Part shown: in pieces, positions 25,916 to 34,963 of the stretch
Numbering within the stretch: the first letter of the stretch is position 1
Layout: the number at the start of each line of letters is the position of its first letter
Origin: Escherichia phage Pondi
Sequence record: OP136151.1
DNA length: 60,610 bases
Direction: 5' to 3' (one strand)
Made by a program: the position numbers and the translations under genes
Notes under the pieces: model-generated
Told to the model about the DNA's origin: nothing
What the model saw: the letters and a program-made list of their open reading frames with translations, nothing else
Database searches by the model: none

Positions 25916-26182
25916 ATGTTCAGATTCCAAATCAATATCCTGCGTGAAGCAGAAGCAACCTACCACATCAAACGTGAAGCCGCTGGCTACTACGTTGTCG
26001 ATGACAATCACCGTCGTATCACTCAAACCACACCTGATAAGGAGCAAGCCGTGATCTGGTTGCGCGTAATGGTCGTGCGCCTGGCATTGAAGAAACTCAA
26101 ATTACCTGCATCACCTACCGCCGGACTGCTGGCGGCCAACACCTACTCAGCATTTGCCTACGAAGTGGAGCGTATTAAATGA
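25916..26182 (+). CDS. Hypothetical protein, 88 aa
   Basis: ORF downstream of promoter candidate. Confidence 0.45.
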   Translation: MFRFQINILREAEATYHIKREAAGYYVVDDNHRRITQTTPDKEQAVIWLRVMVVRLALKKLKLPASPTAGLLAANTYSAFAYEVERIK

Positions 26183-26850
26183 AAACTATCACCCTTACAT
26201 CAAACGAAGCACTGGTCCTGATTGCCGAAGGTATGACGATGAATAACGTCAAGTCGCTGGCTAACAAGCTGCGTAACGCTGACGCACCTGTCGCGGCTAC
26301 CAATACTCAGTTCACGCAGTATGACAACGAAGTTGTAAAGCAAAACCTGAAGTTAGCAAATCAACAGGTGTACGACTACGAGCGTGCACTGGAGAAAACC
26401 AAAGCCCAGTCGAAAACATGGGAGCAGTCTTATCACGACGCTATGGTAAACCTGGAGAAAGCCAAACAGACTGAAAGCACACTGCGGAAAGCATTGGCTG
26501 AAGAAGGTGAACGCTTAAGCAGAATGACATCAAAAATTCGCGACCTGGAAAACGACGCCCGACAGGATGCCGAATCACTGACGTATTTCCGCAAGTGGGT
26601 GGAAGATTTCCGTATCAAGGCGGGTTACGCTGAAGGTGTGACACCTGCAACGGTGTTCAGTGATGTTATGGAATCCCTTAAACAGAACAAAGAAGCCTGT
26701 AAGCGTGCCGCTGACCTGGAATCCAAACTGGTGAAAGCCAACGACGTGATCGCTAACGTCAAAGGTGTTTATGATTCTGCACATGATTACGCTGAAATCA
26801 TGGTTGATAACATCAAGGTGCACGTGGAGGCTTACTACCGTGGCAATTAA
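26179..26850 (+). CDS. Coiled-coil protein, 223 aa
   Basis: GGAG-N8-ATGAAAAC start; long heptad-like helical segments. Confidence 0.5.
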   Translation: MKTITLTSNEALVLIAEGMTMNNVKSLANKLRNADAPVAATNTQFTQYDNEVVKQNLKLANQQVYDYERALEKTKAQSKTWEQSYHDAMVNLEKAKQTESTLRKALAEEGERLSRMTSKIRDLENDARQDAESLTYFRKWVEDFRIKAGYAEGVTPATVFSDVMESLKQNKEACKRAADLESKLVKANDVIANVKGVYDSAHDYAEIMVDNIKVHVEAYYRGN

Positions 26851-26878
26851 GGTGTTCACACCAGGCGAAGATTACCAG

Positions 26879-27091
26879 ATGGCGCAGCACAAGATTAACG
26901 TGTTCGGTCGTTACCTGCTATGCTGTATAGCATCGGCTGACGCACCTGTAACGTTCGATGAACTGGCCTCCTATACCGGCTACGACAAAGAGCATGTGCG
27001 CAAGGCGGTAAAGAAACTTGAAACGGCTGGAGTCGTTACTATTCACAAACCGCATCGTAAGGAGGCTCAAATTGTCGCAACATTTATTTGA
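26879..27091 (+). CDS. Small winged-helix-like DNA-binding protein, about 70 aa
   Basis: DELASYTGYDKEHVRKAVKKLETAGVV resembles a wHTH; start uncertain (weak RBS). Confidence 0.35.
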   Translation: MAQHKINVFGRYLLCCIASADAPVTFDELASYTGYDKEHVRKAVKKLETAGVVTIHKPHRKEAQIVATFI

Positions 27092-27560
27092 GCATCATTT
27101 CAGATACGACCCCGTTACCGGGAAACTGTTCTGGAAAAGGCCAACGGCGAATTGCATGAAGCCGGGTGATGAGGTAGGCGCTGTAAACTTTGACGGTTAT
27201 CGCCAGTGTTATTTCAAGTGTAAGCAGTATAAAGTTCATCGCATAATATGGGAGATGTGTCACGGTACGGCACCCGATGGATTCATCGACCATATCAACG
27301 GTATACGTGATGACAATCGTATTGAAAATTTAAGAATCGCAACATCCGCTGACAACGGGAGGAATAGAGAACGTTTATATCGAAACAAGCTGGGTGTTAA
27401 AGGGTTGTGTGTAGGTAACGGATCGTACTGCGCTTATGTGTGCGACAATCGAAAATACTTCCCTTTAACTGAAGAAGGTAAACGCCTCGCCGTGGAATGG
27501 TTACAGGCTCAACGACTGGCACATGGAGAATTTGCCAACCACGGAGAACACAAAGCATGA
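27072..27560 (+). CDS. HNH homing-type endonuclease, about 162 aa (TTG start)
   Basis: RYDPVTGKLFWKR and HRIIWEMCHG...IDHINGIRDDNRIENLR match the HNH motif; AGGAGG 6 nt upstream of TTG. Confidence 0.7.
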   Translation: MSQHLFEHHFRYDPVTGKLFWKRPTANCMKPGDEVGAVNFDGYRQCYFKCKQYKVHRIIWEMCHGTAPDGFIDHINGIRDDNRIENLRIATSADNGRNRERLYRNKLGVKGLCVGNGSYCAYVCDNRKYFPLTEEGKRLAVEWLQAQRLAHGEFANHGEHKA

Positions 27561-27868
27561 TTTTATTAATCGACGGGCCGCGAGTAGGTGATCGCGTTAC
27601 CAATTTACCTAAAGGATACAGGTGTTGCTTTCATCTTGATAACCACCCGGACATCGCCAGCTTTAACCGGGAGTATGACCGCCACAAATTCATCGTCGAC
27701 CTGATTGACGGCGTGGAAGTGATGACGGATGAGAACACCGCGATTAACGTGGTGAACCAGGCGCGACACGGTAATCTGACCGTACTCGCAAAGCATGTGG
27801 TGGATCTCATTGTCGCCACAAATGAAGCAATCATTGACGCACAGGAGGCCAGCCGCCATGTCAAATGA
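27557..27868 (+). CDS. Hypothetical protein, 103 aa
   Basis: ATGA-coupled to HNH gene. Confidence 0.45.
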   Translation: MILLIDGPRVGDRVTNLPKGYRCCFHLDNHPDIASFNREYDRHKFIVDLIDGVEVMTDENTAINVVNQARHGNLTVLAKHVVDLIVATNEAIIDAQEASRHVK

Positions 27869-28109
27869 ACCTAAACATATTGATCTTTGCGTTAACCCAA
27901 ACGGGCTGGGAGACGTGCTGAGCGACATGCTCAGTATCGTAAACAGTGACCGCAGTCAGGGAGTCTTTGCTGTACTGGGTGTGGTTGACGGTGTGCAACT
28001 GGTGCTGGCGGCGAGTGATGTCGATGAGTATCAGGTACATGATGAAGAACTGGAGATTCAGCTTGATGATCCGGTAATCTTTGAGCAACTCAAACTAACG
28101 TTTCACTAA
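27858..28109 (+). CDS. Small strongly acidic protein, 83 aa
   Basis: AGGAGG RBS; about 17 Asp/Glu versus 3 Lys/Arg. Confidence 0.5.
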   Translation: MSNEPKHIDLCVNPNGLGDVLSDMLSIVNSDRSQGVFAVLGVVDGVQLVLAASDVDEYQVHDEELEIQLDDPVIFEQLKLTFH

Positions 28110-28118
28110 GAGGTAATT

Positions 28119-28313
28119 ATGTTTTCTGTAGCCATAATTTTATCGTCGTTCGCGTGCCTGATGTTCAGTGTAGTGGCTTACATCCTGGCTGAAACATTCG
28201 AGAGTGTTAGCTGGCGTGAGCGTACATTGGGTGCGATCAGTGGGTCATTCATTGGAATACTAACCGGACTGGGCGTTGCAGCAATTCAAGTGTTGATACA
28301 CCTGGCATCATAA
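28119..28313 (+). CDS. Small membrane protein, 64 aa
   Basis: Two hydrophobic helices; AAGAGG RBS; last gene before terminator. Confidence 0.45.
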   Translation: MFSVAIILSSFACLMFSVVAYILAETFESVSWRERTLGAISGSFIGILTGLGVAAIQVLIHLAS

Positions 28314-28342
28314 AAACTAAGGGCGCTTATGCGCCCCTTTTT
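28313..28342. terminator. Bidirectional rho-independent terminator between convergent genes
   Basis: A-tract, stem GGGCGC/GCGCCC with TTAT loop, then T5 tract; lies between plus gene ending 28313 and minus gene ending 28327. Confidence 0.65.
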
Positions 28343-28515
28343 GCAACCTCACGTAACAACCGCAGTGTCCCGTCGTCTTCCTCCAGCACAAACGTAGCGC
28401 CCTTCACTTTGTTCAAAGCAAACGACAGGTTTTGTTTTGGAACGTCGAGCACTTCAGCCGCAGCCGTTAACGAGCGGTGACCTTCAATCCATTCCTTCAG
28501 TGGTGTGATTTTCAT
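28327..28515 (-). CDS. Small HTH DNA-binding protein (Cro-like), 62 aa
   Basis: RSLTAAAEVLDVPKQNLSFALNK resembles an HTH; GGAGG RBS. Confidence 0.45.
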   Translation of the reverse strand: MKITPLKEWIEGHRSLTAAAEVLDVPKQNLSFALNKVKGATFVLEEDDGTLRLLREVAKRGA

Positions 28516-28542
28516 ACATCCTCCTTTGTCAAGTAATCCATT

Positions 28543-29037
28543 CTACTTGGTTCCTTTGAAAGTGCCAATTCTTTTTTCGCCCAGCTTACCCGGTTCAAAC
28601 ACAAACAGCACTTGTCCCAGGTTGTTTCCGGCTACACGCTTTCCGGTAACGGGGTGAATGAAGGCCACACGCCCGATACTAAACCTGGCCTCTGAGCAAG
28701 CCTCCAGCGCCTTGTGAAACCAGCGAGCACCAGTCTGTGCGTTGACGATTGACACCACGCCACGGTCCGATTCGCTGCACTGTATCCACTGATCCACCCA
28801 CGGGTCCACGAAGGAGAACGGCGGGTTGTTCCATACCCATTTACCTTCCGGGCAGAAGTCCGCCCAGTTAAAACCTAACCCCTGCTTAAAATACAGGGGG
28901 AACTTTCTGTTGTGCTCATCTGCCGCCGCGTCGATTGCGAAATCGAACTCCAGCGACAGGCGATCAATCAACCACTGGGGCGTACCCCAGCAATCGCGTA
29001 ACTCCTTTGGTGTCTTGCTTGCGTAGAAAGGTTTCAT
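28543..29037 (-). CDS. DNA N6-adenine methyltransferase, phage Dam family (T1-type), 164 aa
   Basis: CWGTPQWL...FDFAIDAAA...WVWNNPPFS matches the compact phage Dam-family signature with NPPF catalytic motif; ATGA-coupled to primase-helicase. Confidence 0.7.
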   Translation of the reverse strand: MKPFYASKTPKELRDCWGTPQWLIDRLSLEFDFAIDAAADEHNRKFPLYFKQGLGFNWADFCPEGKWVWNNPPFSFVDPWVDQWIQCSESDRGVVSIVNAQTGARWFHKALEACSEARFSIGRVAFIHPVTGKRVAGNNLGQVLFVFEPGKLGEKRIGTFKGTK

Positions 29038-31445
29038 TCGTACAGTATCCCGTTGTCTGGTTCTTCAATCGGTCGAATAAACGCACCACGCAGTACGCGA
29101 GTATCACCCTCGTATCCGACTTCAATTTCGTCCATAGCATCAATCATACGGGCGAATGCGCCGAGACTACGGGTACCGCCGCCGTCATTATCAGCCGCCC
29201 AGTCACGGTAGCGTTTGAAGACGTCAGACAATGGTGCCCAGGTACCTTCACGAACAATCAGCGCTGACTGCACGAACACGTCAAGTGGAGACGTTGCCGC
29301 TTTGAATACGCGGATGCGTTCTTCCATACATTCGTGATTCTTCAGGCGCTTAACTTCACGCAGCTTTTTAAGACCTGCAATAGCCCAGTTGATGATACCC
29401 GGCATTTCCGCACGCAGCTTTTCAGTAAGGTCTGAATCTTCACGACCTTTAAATGAGCGCGGCGTGTGGAAGAACAGACCACGCTCGACCATTGCTGACG
29501 ATGACTCTGACAGGTTAGGGATGGCGTTACATGTCATGTTCAGACGACAGCGCATCGTAACTTCAATCGTTGACTGATATTTACGGTTGATGCGCACGTC
29601 GTCCTGGCCGACGATGTTTTTGATACGGTTGACCACGGCTGTACGGTTAGCCGGAGACGGATCGGATACGTCGTTCAGGAACGCGCCGAGTTTATCGTAC
29701 ATACCTTGCAGGTGCGCTTCGTTGGTCAGGTTGTCCAGCGTAGGCGACGCGCAGTTGTGGCTACCTAACATGGCGTGAAGGATACGCATCATTGTCGACT
29801 TACCGGAACGGGCCACGCCTGACATAATAAGCATCTTCTGCTGGGAAATATCATCCGTAAGCATGTAACCGAACCACATCTGCAACTGTTCAATGAGCGG
29901 TTCATATTTAGACTGGCCCCATACGCGATACAGGAACGCTTCCCACTGCGGACATGTCGCGGTAGGGTCGTAAGAGTACGGCAGGTGTGCACGAATACGG
30001 ATGTCCGGGCTATGAGCGATCATAGTGTTGCCATTGTTGATGTCCAGGATACCGTTGTCGAATGCTATCAAACCGGAAGTGTCGCGGTCAGGATCGTTCT
30101 TAAACTCAGGCCATTTAGCCGGAGCCTGTACGATGAGATGGTTTTTAATCATGCTCACTGTACCTTTAACGTCGGAGTCGCTCGGTGCTACCAGTTCCAT
30201 CTCACGGGCAACCATACCGTTAATCCAGCCGGGGGCCACGCTTTTGAATACTTTACCGTCGAACATGTAGAACTGATCTTCGCAGATGATGATCTCACCT
30301 TGTGCCGAGTTCTCAAGCAAGAATTTCTGAGCGTTCGTTGTATGGTTTTTGCTGTAGTCGATAGTGTCAACCAGCACCTTACCACTTTTACGCGCTTCAA
30401 CCACTGCGGCAGAAATGTCGGCAGCTTTCGGTGCTACTGCGGTTACGGTTTCCGGCACATAGATAGCCTGCTCAACTGGAGTCAGTGACATACCCGGCAG
30501 TATTGCGGCCTGCTCAGTGAGACGTGCAGCAAACGAGCGTGCACCCACACCATTCTGGCTGTACTTGTAAACGTTCTGGACGGTCGGCCACATCTCATCG
30601 CCCCACGGCGGTTCGTTGTTAGCGTCCCAGTAGTCAATCATTAACTCGTAGGTTTTCTGCGGTGACAGTTGGTAGTCACGTCCGGCTGCGGCAGTCTTAA
30701 ACAGCACATGGTTACCACCCTGGCCGCTAATGGATTGCTCGGCGCGCTCCTTCAGGTAGGTGATAAACTGTTTGCAGTTGTGATCGTTGTCGTCGAAGTC
30801 ATCCATCCCGCCCACGTACTGAGCGCTGCGCTGGCGTACCCACTCGCCCATCTTCATCATCTTCTCGTCGGTCAACGTGAAGCGTGAGATAACGTCGCGC
30901 AGTTTGTAGCGTGGTATGTCAGCGTGGAGTTCCGCCAGTTCGTAGAGAACGCGGTTGTCCAGTGACTTCTGGTGCATGAATCCCGGTACACGCATAACGC
31001 GGTCAGGGTTTACCATTGACTCGTCGCTACCGAAGTGCAGAGCGATCTGCTTCTGTGCGATCATCCACTCCATAGCAGAGCAGTCGCCGTCGATAAACCA
31101 GTAAGCGTGGAAGTGCGTGTCGTCGCGCTTGACGATAGCGTGTGGCGGAATAGGCCACTGGTCCGGGAACGGAGCACCGTCACTGTCCATGAAGACAGCG
31201 CGGAAGATGTCGATGTCATTCTTACCACGACCGCCTGTAGTCGAACCATTGACAGACGTGAACACGCCACAGCCGCGAGCCTGAAGGTCAGCCAGCTTTG
31301 TCGGATTCATATACGCGTATTCCCAGCCAGCCAGGTCGCGTCGGTCTTTGTCATAGTCACAGAACCACTGCCATACAAGCGGCGGGTTTTGCATTCCAGT
31401 TAGCGCGGCATAAAACAACTGCGCCTGTTCAGGCTTATAGGTCAT
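29034..31445 (-). CDS. Bifunctional DNA primase / SF3-type helicase (prim-pol N-terminus, D5/P4-like C-terminus), 803 aa
   Basis: N-terminal Asp- and His-rich primase-like region; C-terminal Walker A GVARSGKST and P-loop NTPase architecture. Confidence 0.65.
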   Translation of the reverse strand: MTYKPEQAQLFYAALTGMQNPPLVWQWFCDYDKDRRDLAGWEYAYMNPTKLADLQARGCGVFTSVNGSTTGGRGKNDIDIFRAVFMDSDGAPFPDQWPIPPHAIVKRDDTHFHAYWFIDGDCSAMEWMIAQKQIALHFGSDESMVNPDRVMRVPGFMHQKSLDNRVLYELAELHADIPRYKLRDVISRFTLTDEKMMKMGEWVRQRSAQYVGGMDDFDDNDHNCKQFITYLKERAEQSISGQGGNHVLFKTAAAGRDYQLSPQKTYELMIDYWDANNEPPWGDEMWPTVQNVYKYSQNGVGARSFAARLTEQAAILPGMSLTPVEQAIYVPETVTAVAPKAADISAAVVEARKSGKVLVDTIDYSKNHTTNAQKFLLENSAQGEIIICEDQFYMFDGKVFKSVAPGWINGMVAREMELVAPSDSDVKGTVSMIKNHLIVQAPAKWPEFKNDPDRDTSGLIAFDNGILDINNGNTMIAHSPDIRIRAHLPYSYDPTATCPQWEAFLYRVWGQSKYEPLIEQLQMWFGYMLTDDISQQKMLIMSGVARSGKSTMMRILHAMLGSHNCASPTLDNLTNEAHLQGMYDKLGAFLNDVSDPSPANRTAVVNRIKNIVGQDDVRINRKYQSTIEVTMRCRLNMTCNAIPNLSESSSAMVERGLFFHTPRSFKGREDSDLTEKLRAEMPGIINWAIAGLKKLREVKRLKNHECMEERIRVFKAATSPLDVFVQSALIVREGTWAPLSDVFKRYRDWAADNDGGGTRSLGAFARMIDAMDEIEVGYEGDTRVLRGAFIRPIEEPDNGILYE

Positions 31446-31454
31446 GAGATAACC

Positions 31455-31649
31455 TTATTTATTAGAGTTCAGTACCGTGATAGCAATGTTCAGGCGCGCG
31501 TCAGGGATAACACCGCAATGGCCTTTCATGTATACCGCCAACGTGCTGATCTTATATCCGGTAGCGGCCATCACTTTTTCAAAGCCAAACTCTTCGATAA
31601 GTTCAGCCAGCTTCTGGTTGTTCGGGTGTAACTCTTTATTACTTGCCAT
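31455..31649 (-). CDS. Hypothetical small protein, 64 aa (possible HTH)
   Basis: ORF between VRR-NUC-like and primase genes. Confidence 0.4.
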   Translation of the reverse strand: MASNKELHPNNQKLAELIEEFGFEKVMAATGYKISTLAVYMKGHCGVIPDARLNIAITVLNSNK

Positions 31650-32049
31650 TTTTAAATTCCTGAATGTAGTAGTCGATATGGGTTACGTCGGTTACGAAGC
31701 CTGCGATACCACCTGCCTGTCGCCAGTCGAGGATGCAGGCGTGCTGGGCTTTCGCTCGTTTGTCTCCCGGTGTCATGTGCCAGCCTGGTTTCTTAAATTC
31801 GAATCCGGTTAACACAAGAAACGTGCGACCTACCATCTCAGGCGTAATGGTGATTGGCGTGCCGCCGATGGAGTCGGGTGACTTCCACACTTCGTTGAGT
31901 TGCTTGGAGTCATTGCCGAGTCCAAAGCGAACAAGCGTACCGTTGCGGTCTGGCAATGCACCGGAGTTGTTGCGATACAACAAACCCTTGTACTCGCGCT
32001 GCATCTTCATCGCGCTGTGGTCGAATAGCTTTTTCTCTGCTTGTGACAT
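31639..32049 (-). CDS. PD-(D/E)XK nuclease, VRR-NUC-like, 136 aa
   Basis: PD...FEFKK (PD-ExK) followed by QHACILDWRQAGG (Q-x3-L-x3-G) typical of VRR-NUC; GGAGG RBS. Confidence 0.4.
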   Translation of the reverse strand: MSQAEKKLFDHSAMKMQREYKGLLYRNNSGALPDRNGTLVRFGLGNDSKQLNEVWKSPDSIGGTPITITPEMVGRTFLVLTGFEFKKPGWHMTPGDKRAKAQHACILDWRQAGGIAGFVTDVTHIDYYIQEFKNGK

Positions 32050-32177
32050 GGTAATTCCTCCAGTGAGAAACCGAGCATACAGTATTTAAAATACTTTGAA
32101 AAGAATTTTATAAGCCGTAAAGTAAATCAATCACGAAACATGCGATGACCGTACTGACAAACACCCACTCCCATAAT

Positions 32178-34046
32178 TTACGCATAGGTCAAGCCTCCTT
32201 TGGCATGAATCTCTTCGAGGTGTGCTTTGATTTTCTCAATCAGTTCAAAGCACTCTTTAGGTTTCAGCACCTGCGCATAGTAGACGTTGATGCCGAAGCG
32301 GTTTAAGAAAAGCTGTTGTGCGGCTTCCTTAGTTACATCACCTTTCTGGTGGTGCTCCATCCATTCGTCCTGTAATAGTTGACGAGTAGCGTGCATTGCG
32401 CGCCAGCGGCGATGGTTATTGATCTGAGTGTTCTTAGCGATAGCTGGTACGTGCATCCGGGTTACGTATTCTTCGGGTGACATCTTCAGTTTGAGTAAAT
32501 CTTCCTGAATCTCCTGACGCCACACCGCAGCCTGGTCGCTGATGGACTCGTCACCCGCTCGCATCTTTGCCAGTTCTTCCGCCGACACTTCTACTAATTG
32601 ACCTTTAACCATGACGGGTTCACCACGCGGGGCCAGAGGCTGTCGGCAGCCGCAATCAGGACAGCGTGACTCGGTAATTTCGTAGATATATCCACACGGT
32701 CGAATCCCGTTGTTAAATTGTTCGTCAGCCGACATAACTGCACATTGCTCAGGTGTGAACCTGCCGGACTTGTCGACAGGGACACGACAACGGGTAACCG
32801 GAACTGTGTCATCATCGCTGCTCGAAGACTTGCCACCTTTTCGGTCTGCCATTGACCAGACGCGGGGCTTATCGGGAAGGCCATGCTCCCGCCAGTTTCC
32901 CACATGGTCGAGTATAATCGCATAATCTTTACCGGGCGAAGGGCGAAGCACCCTGCCGAACGCCTGCATGAACCAGGATAAAGACATTGTGCGTCGCAGA
33001 AATTGTGCTGCCTCAATTGCAGGTAAGTCGAACCCTTCTGAGACAAGATCAACGGTAACGAGCACAAGTATTTCACGGCGCTCGAAAGCCTGGAGGGTCT
33101 TGAAACGTGTAGATTCATCATCGCCTCCGTGGAGTACGGCGGCTGGTATCCCTGCTCGCTGGTAAGCATTGGCCACAGACTGAGCGTGGGAGATGTCACA
33201 GCAAAATACAATTGTGAGTTTTCCATTGATGAGTTCCTGGTAGTGGCGCACTACATCGCCAGTGATTTTAGCCTTGTCCATCTCACGCGCCTGGTCCTGC
33301 TGGTTGTAGTCACCTCCAGCCGTCACACGCACCTTAGTAAAGTCCGCCTGTTCCGTAGGTGGCTCATAAATTTTATAGTCGCACAAGTTTCCTTCGTCAA
33401 TCAGCCAGCGCATCTCTGGCCCTTTGATTACCACGTCGACGATTCCGCTACCGTTGAGCGCTACACTCCCCATACCTTTACCGTCGGCACGTTCCGGTGT
33501 TGCAGTCACCAGCAAATAGCGCGCTTGAGGATTCATATATTGCAGAGGGCGACCGAAGGTGTTGTCGCGTGTCAGGTGGTGCGACTCATCGAACACACCA
33601 AAGGTGCAGCGCATTAATAACCGAAGCGTGGCCTCGCGCATGGCTTTGCGCTGTGGGGTAGCCTTCGGATTTTCTTTCAGTCGGGCGTTGACGGTCTGCA
33701 CAGAGGCCACGATCACTGGTGCACCTGGGCGATAGAATGTACGTCCGAACTTTGCCTGCTGTACGTTACCGCAGATAGCGCGAGTCTTCTCACTGCATAT
33801 AAAGTCGTGATGCAAATCTTGTGTCGCCAGACTTTCTGATATTTGACGCACCAGTTCCGAACGGTGACAGAAGATGATGCACATGTGACCAGCGTTGACC
33901 ATCTGTTCTACTATGCTGGTGAAGCAAAAAGTTTTACCTGCGCCCGTACTCATTATGATGACAGGTGCCTTATAGCCTGAGTGTAGGCAGGTGAAATACT
34001 CATTGATAACCTTCGCCTGATAGGGGCGCGCGGTACGTTTTGCCAT
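32178..34046 (-). CDS. SF2 DExH-box DNA helicase with C-terminal Cys-rich zinc-finger region, 622 aa
   Basis: Motif I MSTGAGKT, motif II DESHH, motif VI QAFGRVLR; C-terminal CRVP...CPDCGC. Confidence 0.8.
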   Translation of the reverse strand: MAKRTARPYQAKVINEYFTCLHSGYKAPVIIMSTGAGKTFCFTSIVEQMVNAGHMCIIFCHRSELVRQISESLATQDLHHDFICSEKTRAICGNVQQAKFGRTFYRPGAPVIVASVQTVNARLKENPKATPQRKAMREATLRLLMRCTFGVFDESHHLTRDNTFGRPLQYMNPQARYLLVTATPERADGKGMGSVALNGSGIVDVVIKGPEMRWLIDEGNLCDYKIYEPPTEQADFTKVRVTAGGDYNQQDQAREMDKAKITGDVVRHYQELINGKLTIVFCCDISHAQSVANAYQRAGIPAAVLHGGDDESTRFKTLQAFERREILVLVTVDLVSEGFDLPAIEAAQFLRRTMSLSWFMQAFGRVLRPSPGKDYAIILDHVGNWREHGLPDKPRVWSMADRKGGKSSSSDDDTVPVTRCRVPVDKSGRFTPEQCAVMSADEQFNNGIRPCGYIYEITESRCPDCGCRQPLAPRGEPVMVKGQLVEVSAEELAKMRAGDESISDQAAVWRQEIQEDLLKLKMSPEEYVTRMHVPAIAKNTQINNHRRWRAMHATRQLLQDEWMEHHQKGDVTKEAAQQLFLNRFGINVYYAQVLKPKECFELIEKIKAHLEEIHAKGGLTYA

Positions 34047-34104
34047 CTCGATGTTCTCTTATATGTGTGTTGACGATGAGGATAATAAAATTTTTAAAAA
34101 AGTA

Positions 34105-34134
34105 TTGCAATCGGTTTTTGGTTGAGTGTATGAT
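34105..34134 (+). promoter_or_regulatory. Promoter candidate in divergent intergenic region (TTGCAA-18-TATGAT)
   Basis: AT-rich 140-bp region between divergently transcribed helicase and gene 34187. Confidence 0.3.
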
Positions 34135-34186
34135 TCATTCCGTCAACACGACACAGCAAAACTTTAATCAACCTGGAGTAATACAA

Positions 34187-34951
34187 ATGTCTGGAATCTT
34201 TGAATCTATCGCATCGAACAACGAGAAAACTGTAGGTGTTCTGGAAGCGCTCGTAGAACAAAACACCAAAATCATTTCTCTGCTGGAAGTCATCGCTGGC
34301 GCTTACGGTAAACAATCTTACAACGGTCCGTTAACTGGCAACCAACAGTCATTCGCTGATGCGGCTGACGAAGTTGCTGAAGAAGTAGCTCAGTTAATCG
34401 GCCAGGAAACGGATGCTACCACGCTGGATAAGAACGGTCTACCGTGGGACTCCCGTATTCACTCTGCCGCTAAGACCTTCAACGCAGACGGCACCTGGAA
34501 ATATCTGCGTGGTGTTGATCGTGAAGTGCTGGTACCGCAGGTTGAAGCTGAACTGCGTGGTGATAAAGAGCGTGAAGATTACGCTACCGAAATCGAAGCC
34601 GGGATGAATGCACCAGTAGTACCTGCCGTTGAAGCGCCACAGGCACCTGTTGCACCGCAACCGGGTTTACCGCCGCTGACTGGTGTAGGTCTGCCGCCGC
34701 TGGTACCACAAATGCCTGTTGCGATCGACTTCCCGGCAATCGATGATGAGTCCGGTGCTACCGACGAAGCGATGGAACAGACCGCTGCGGCGCTGGCCCA
34801 TAAGCATGGTGCCGATGCACTGGAAAAACTGTATGGCCTGTTTGGTATCGCTGGCGGTAAGACTGCGAAAGACATCCAGGCTGGTTATAAATTTACCTTC
34901 TGGCGGTACGCCACCAACGATGACTTCCTGCGCAGCCAGTCAGTTATCTAA
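34187..34951 (+). CDS. Hypothetical replication-module protein, 254 aa, Pro-rich C-terminal segment
   Basis: Internal ATG with GGAG RBS; PQPGLPPLTGVGLPPLVPQMP low-complexity region. Confidence 0.5.
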   Translation: MSGIFESIASNNEKTVGVLEALVEQNTKIISLLEVIAGAYGKQSYNGPLTGNQQSFADAADEVAEEVAQLIGQETDATTLDKNGLPWDSRIHSAAKTFNADGTWKYLRGVDREVLVPQVEAELRGDKEREDYATEIEAGMNAPVVPAVEAPQAPVAPQPGLPPLTGVGLPPLVPQMPVAIDFPAIDDESGATDEAMEQTAAALAHKHGADALEKLYGLFGIAGGKTAKDIQAGYKFTFWRYATNDDFLRSQSVI

Positions 34952-34963
34952 GGGGATCACTCG

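Noticed and set aside
28515-28545. ATTACTTGACA directly upstream of the minus-strand gene 28327..28515 as a promoter
   Set aside because: The TTGACA lies only about 12 nt from the start codon and overlaps the RBS, leaving no room for a -10 element.
32594-33226. 210-aa alternative-frame ORF within the helicase gene
   Set aside because: Same strand but out of frame with a helicase ORF that carries motifs I, II and VI in order; no independent start signal.
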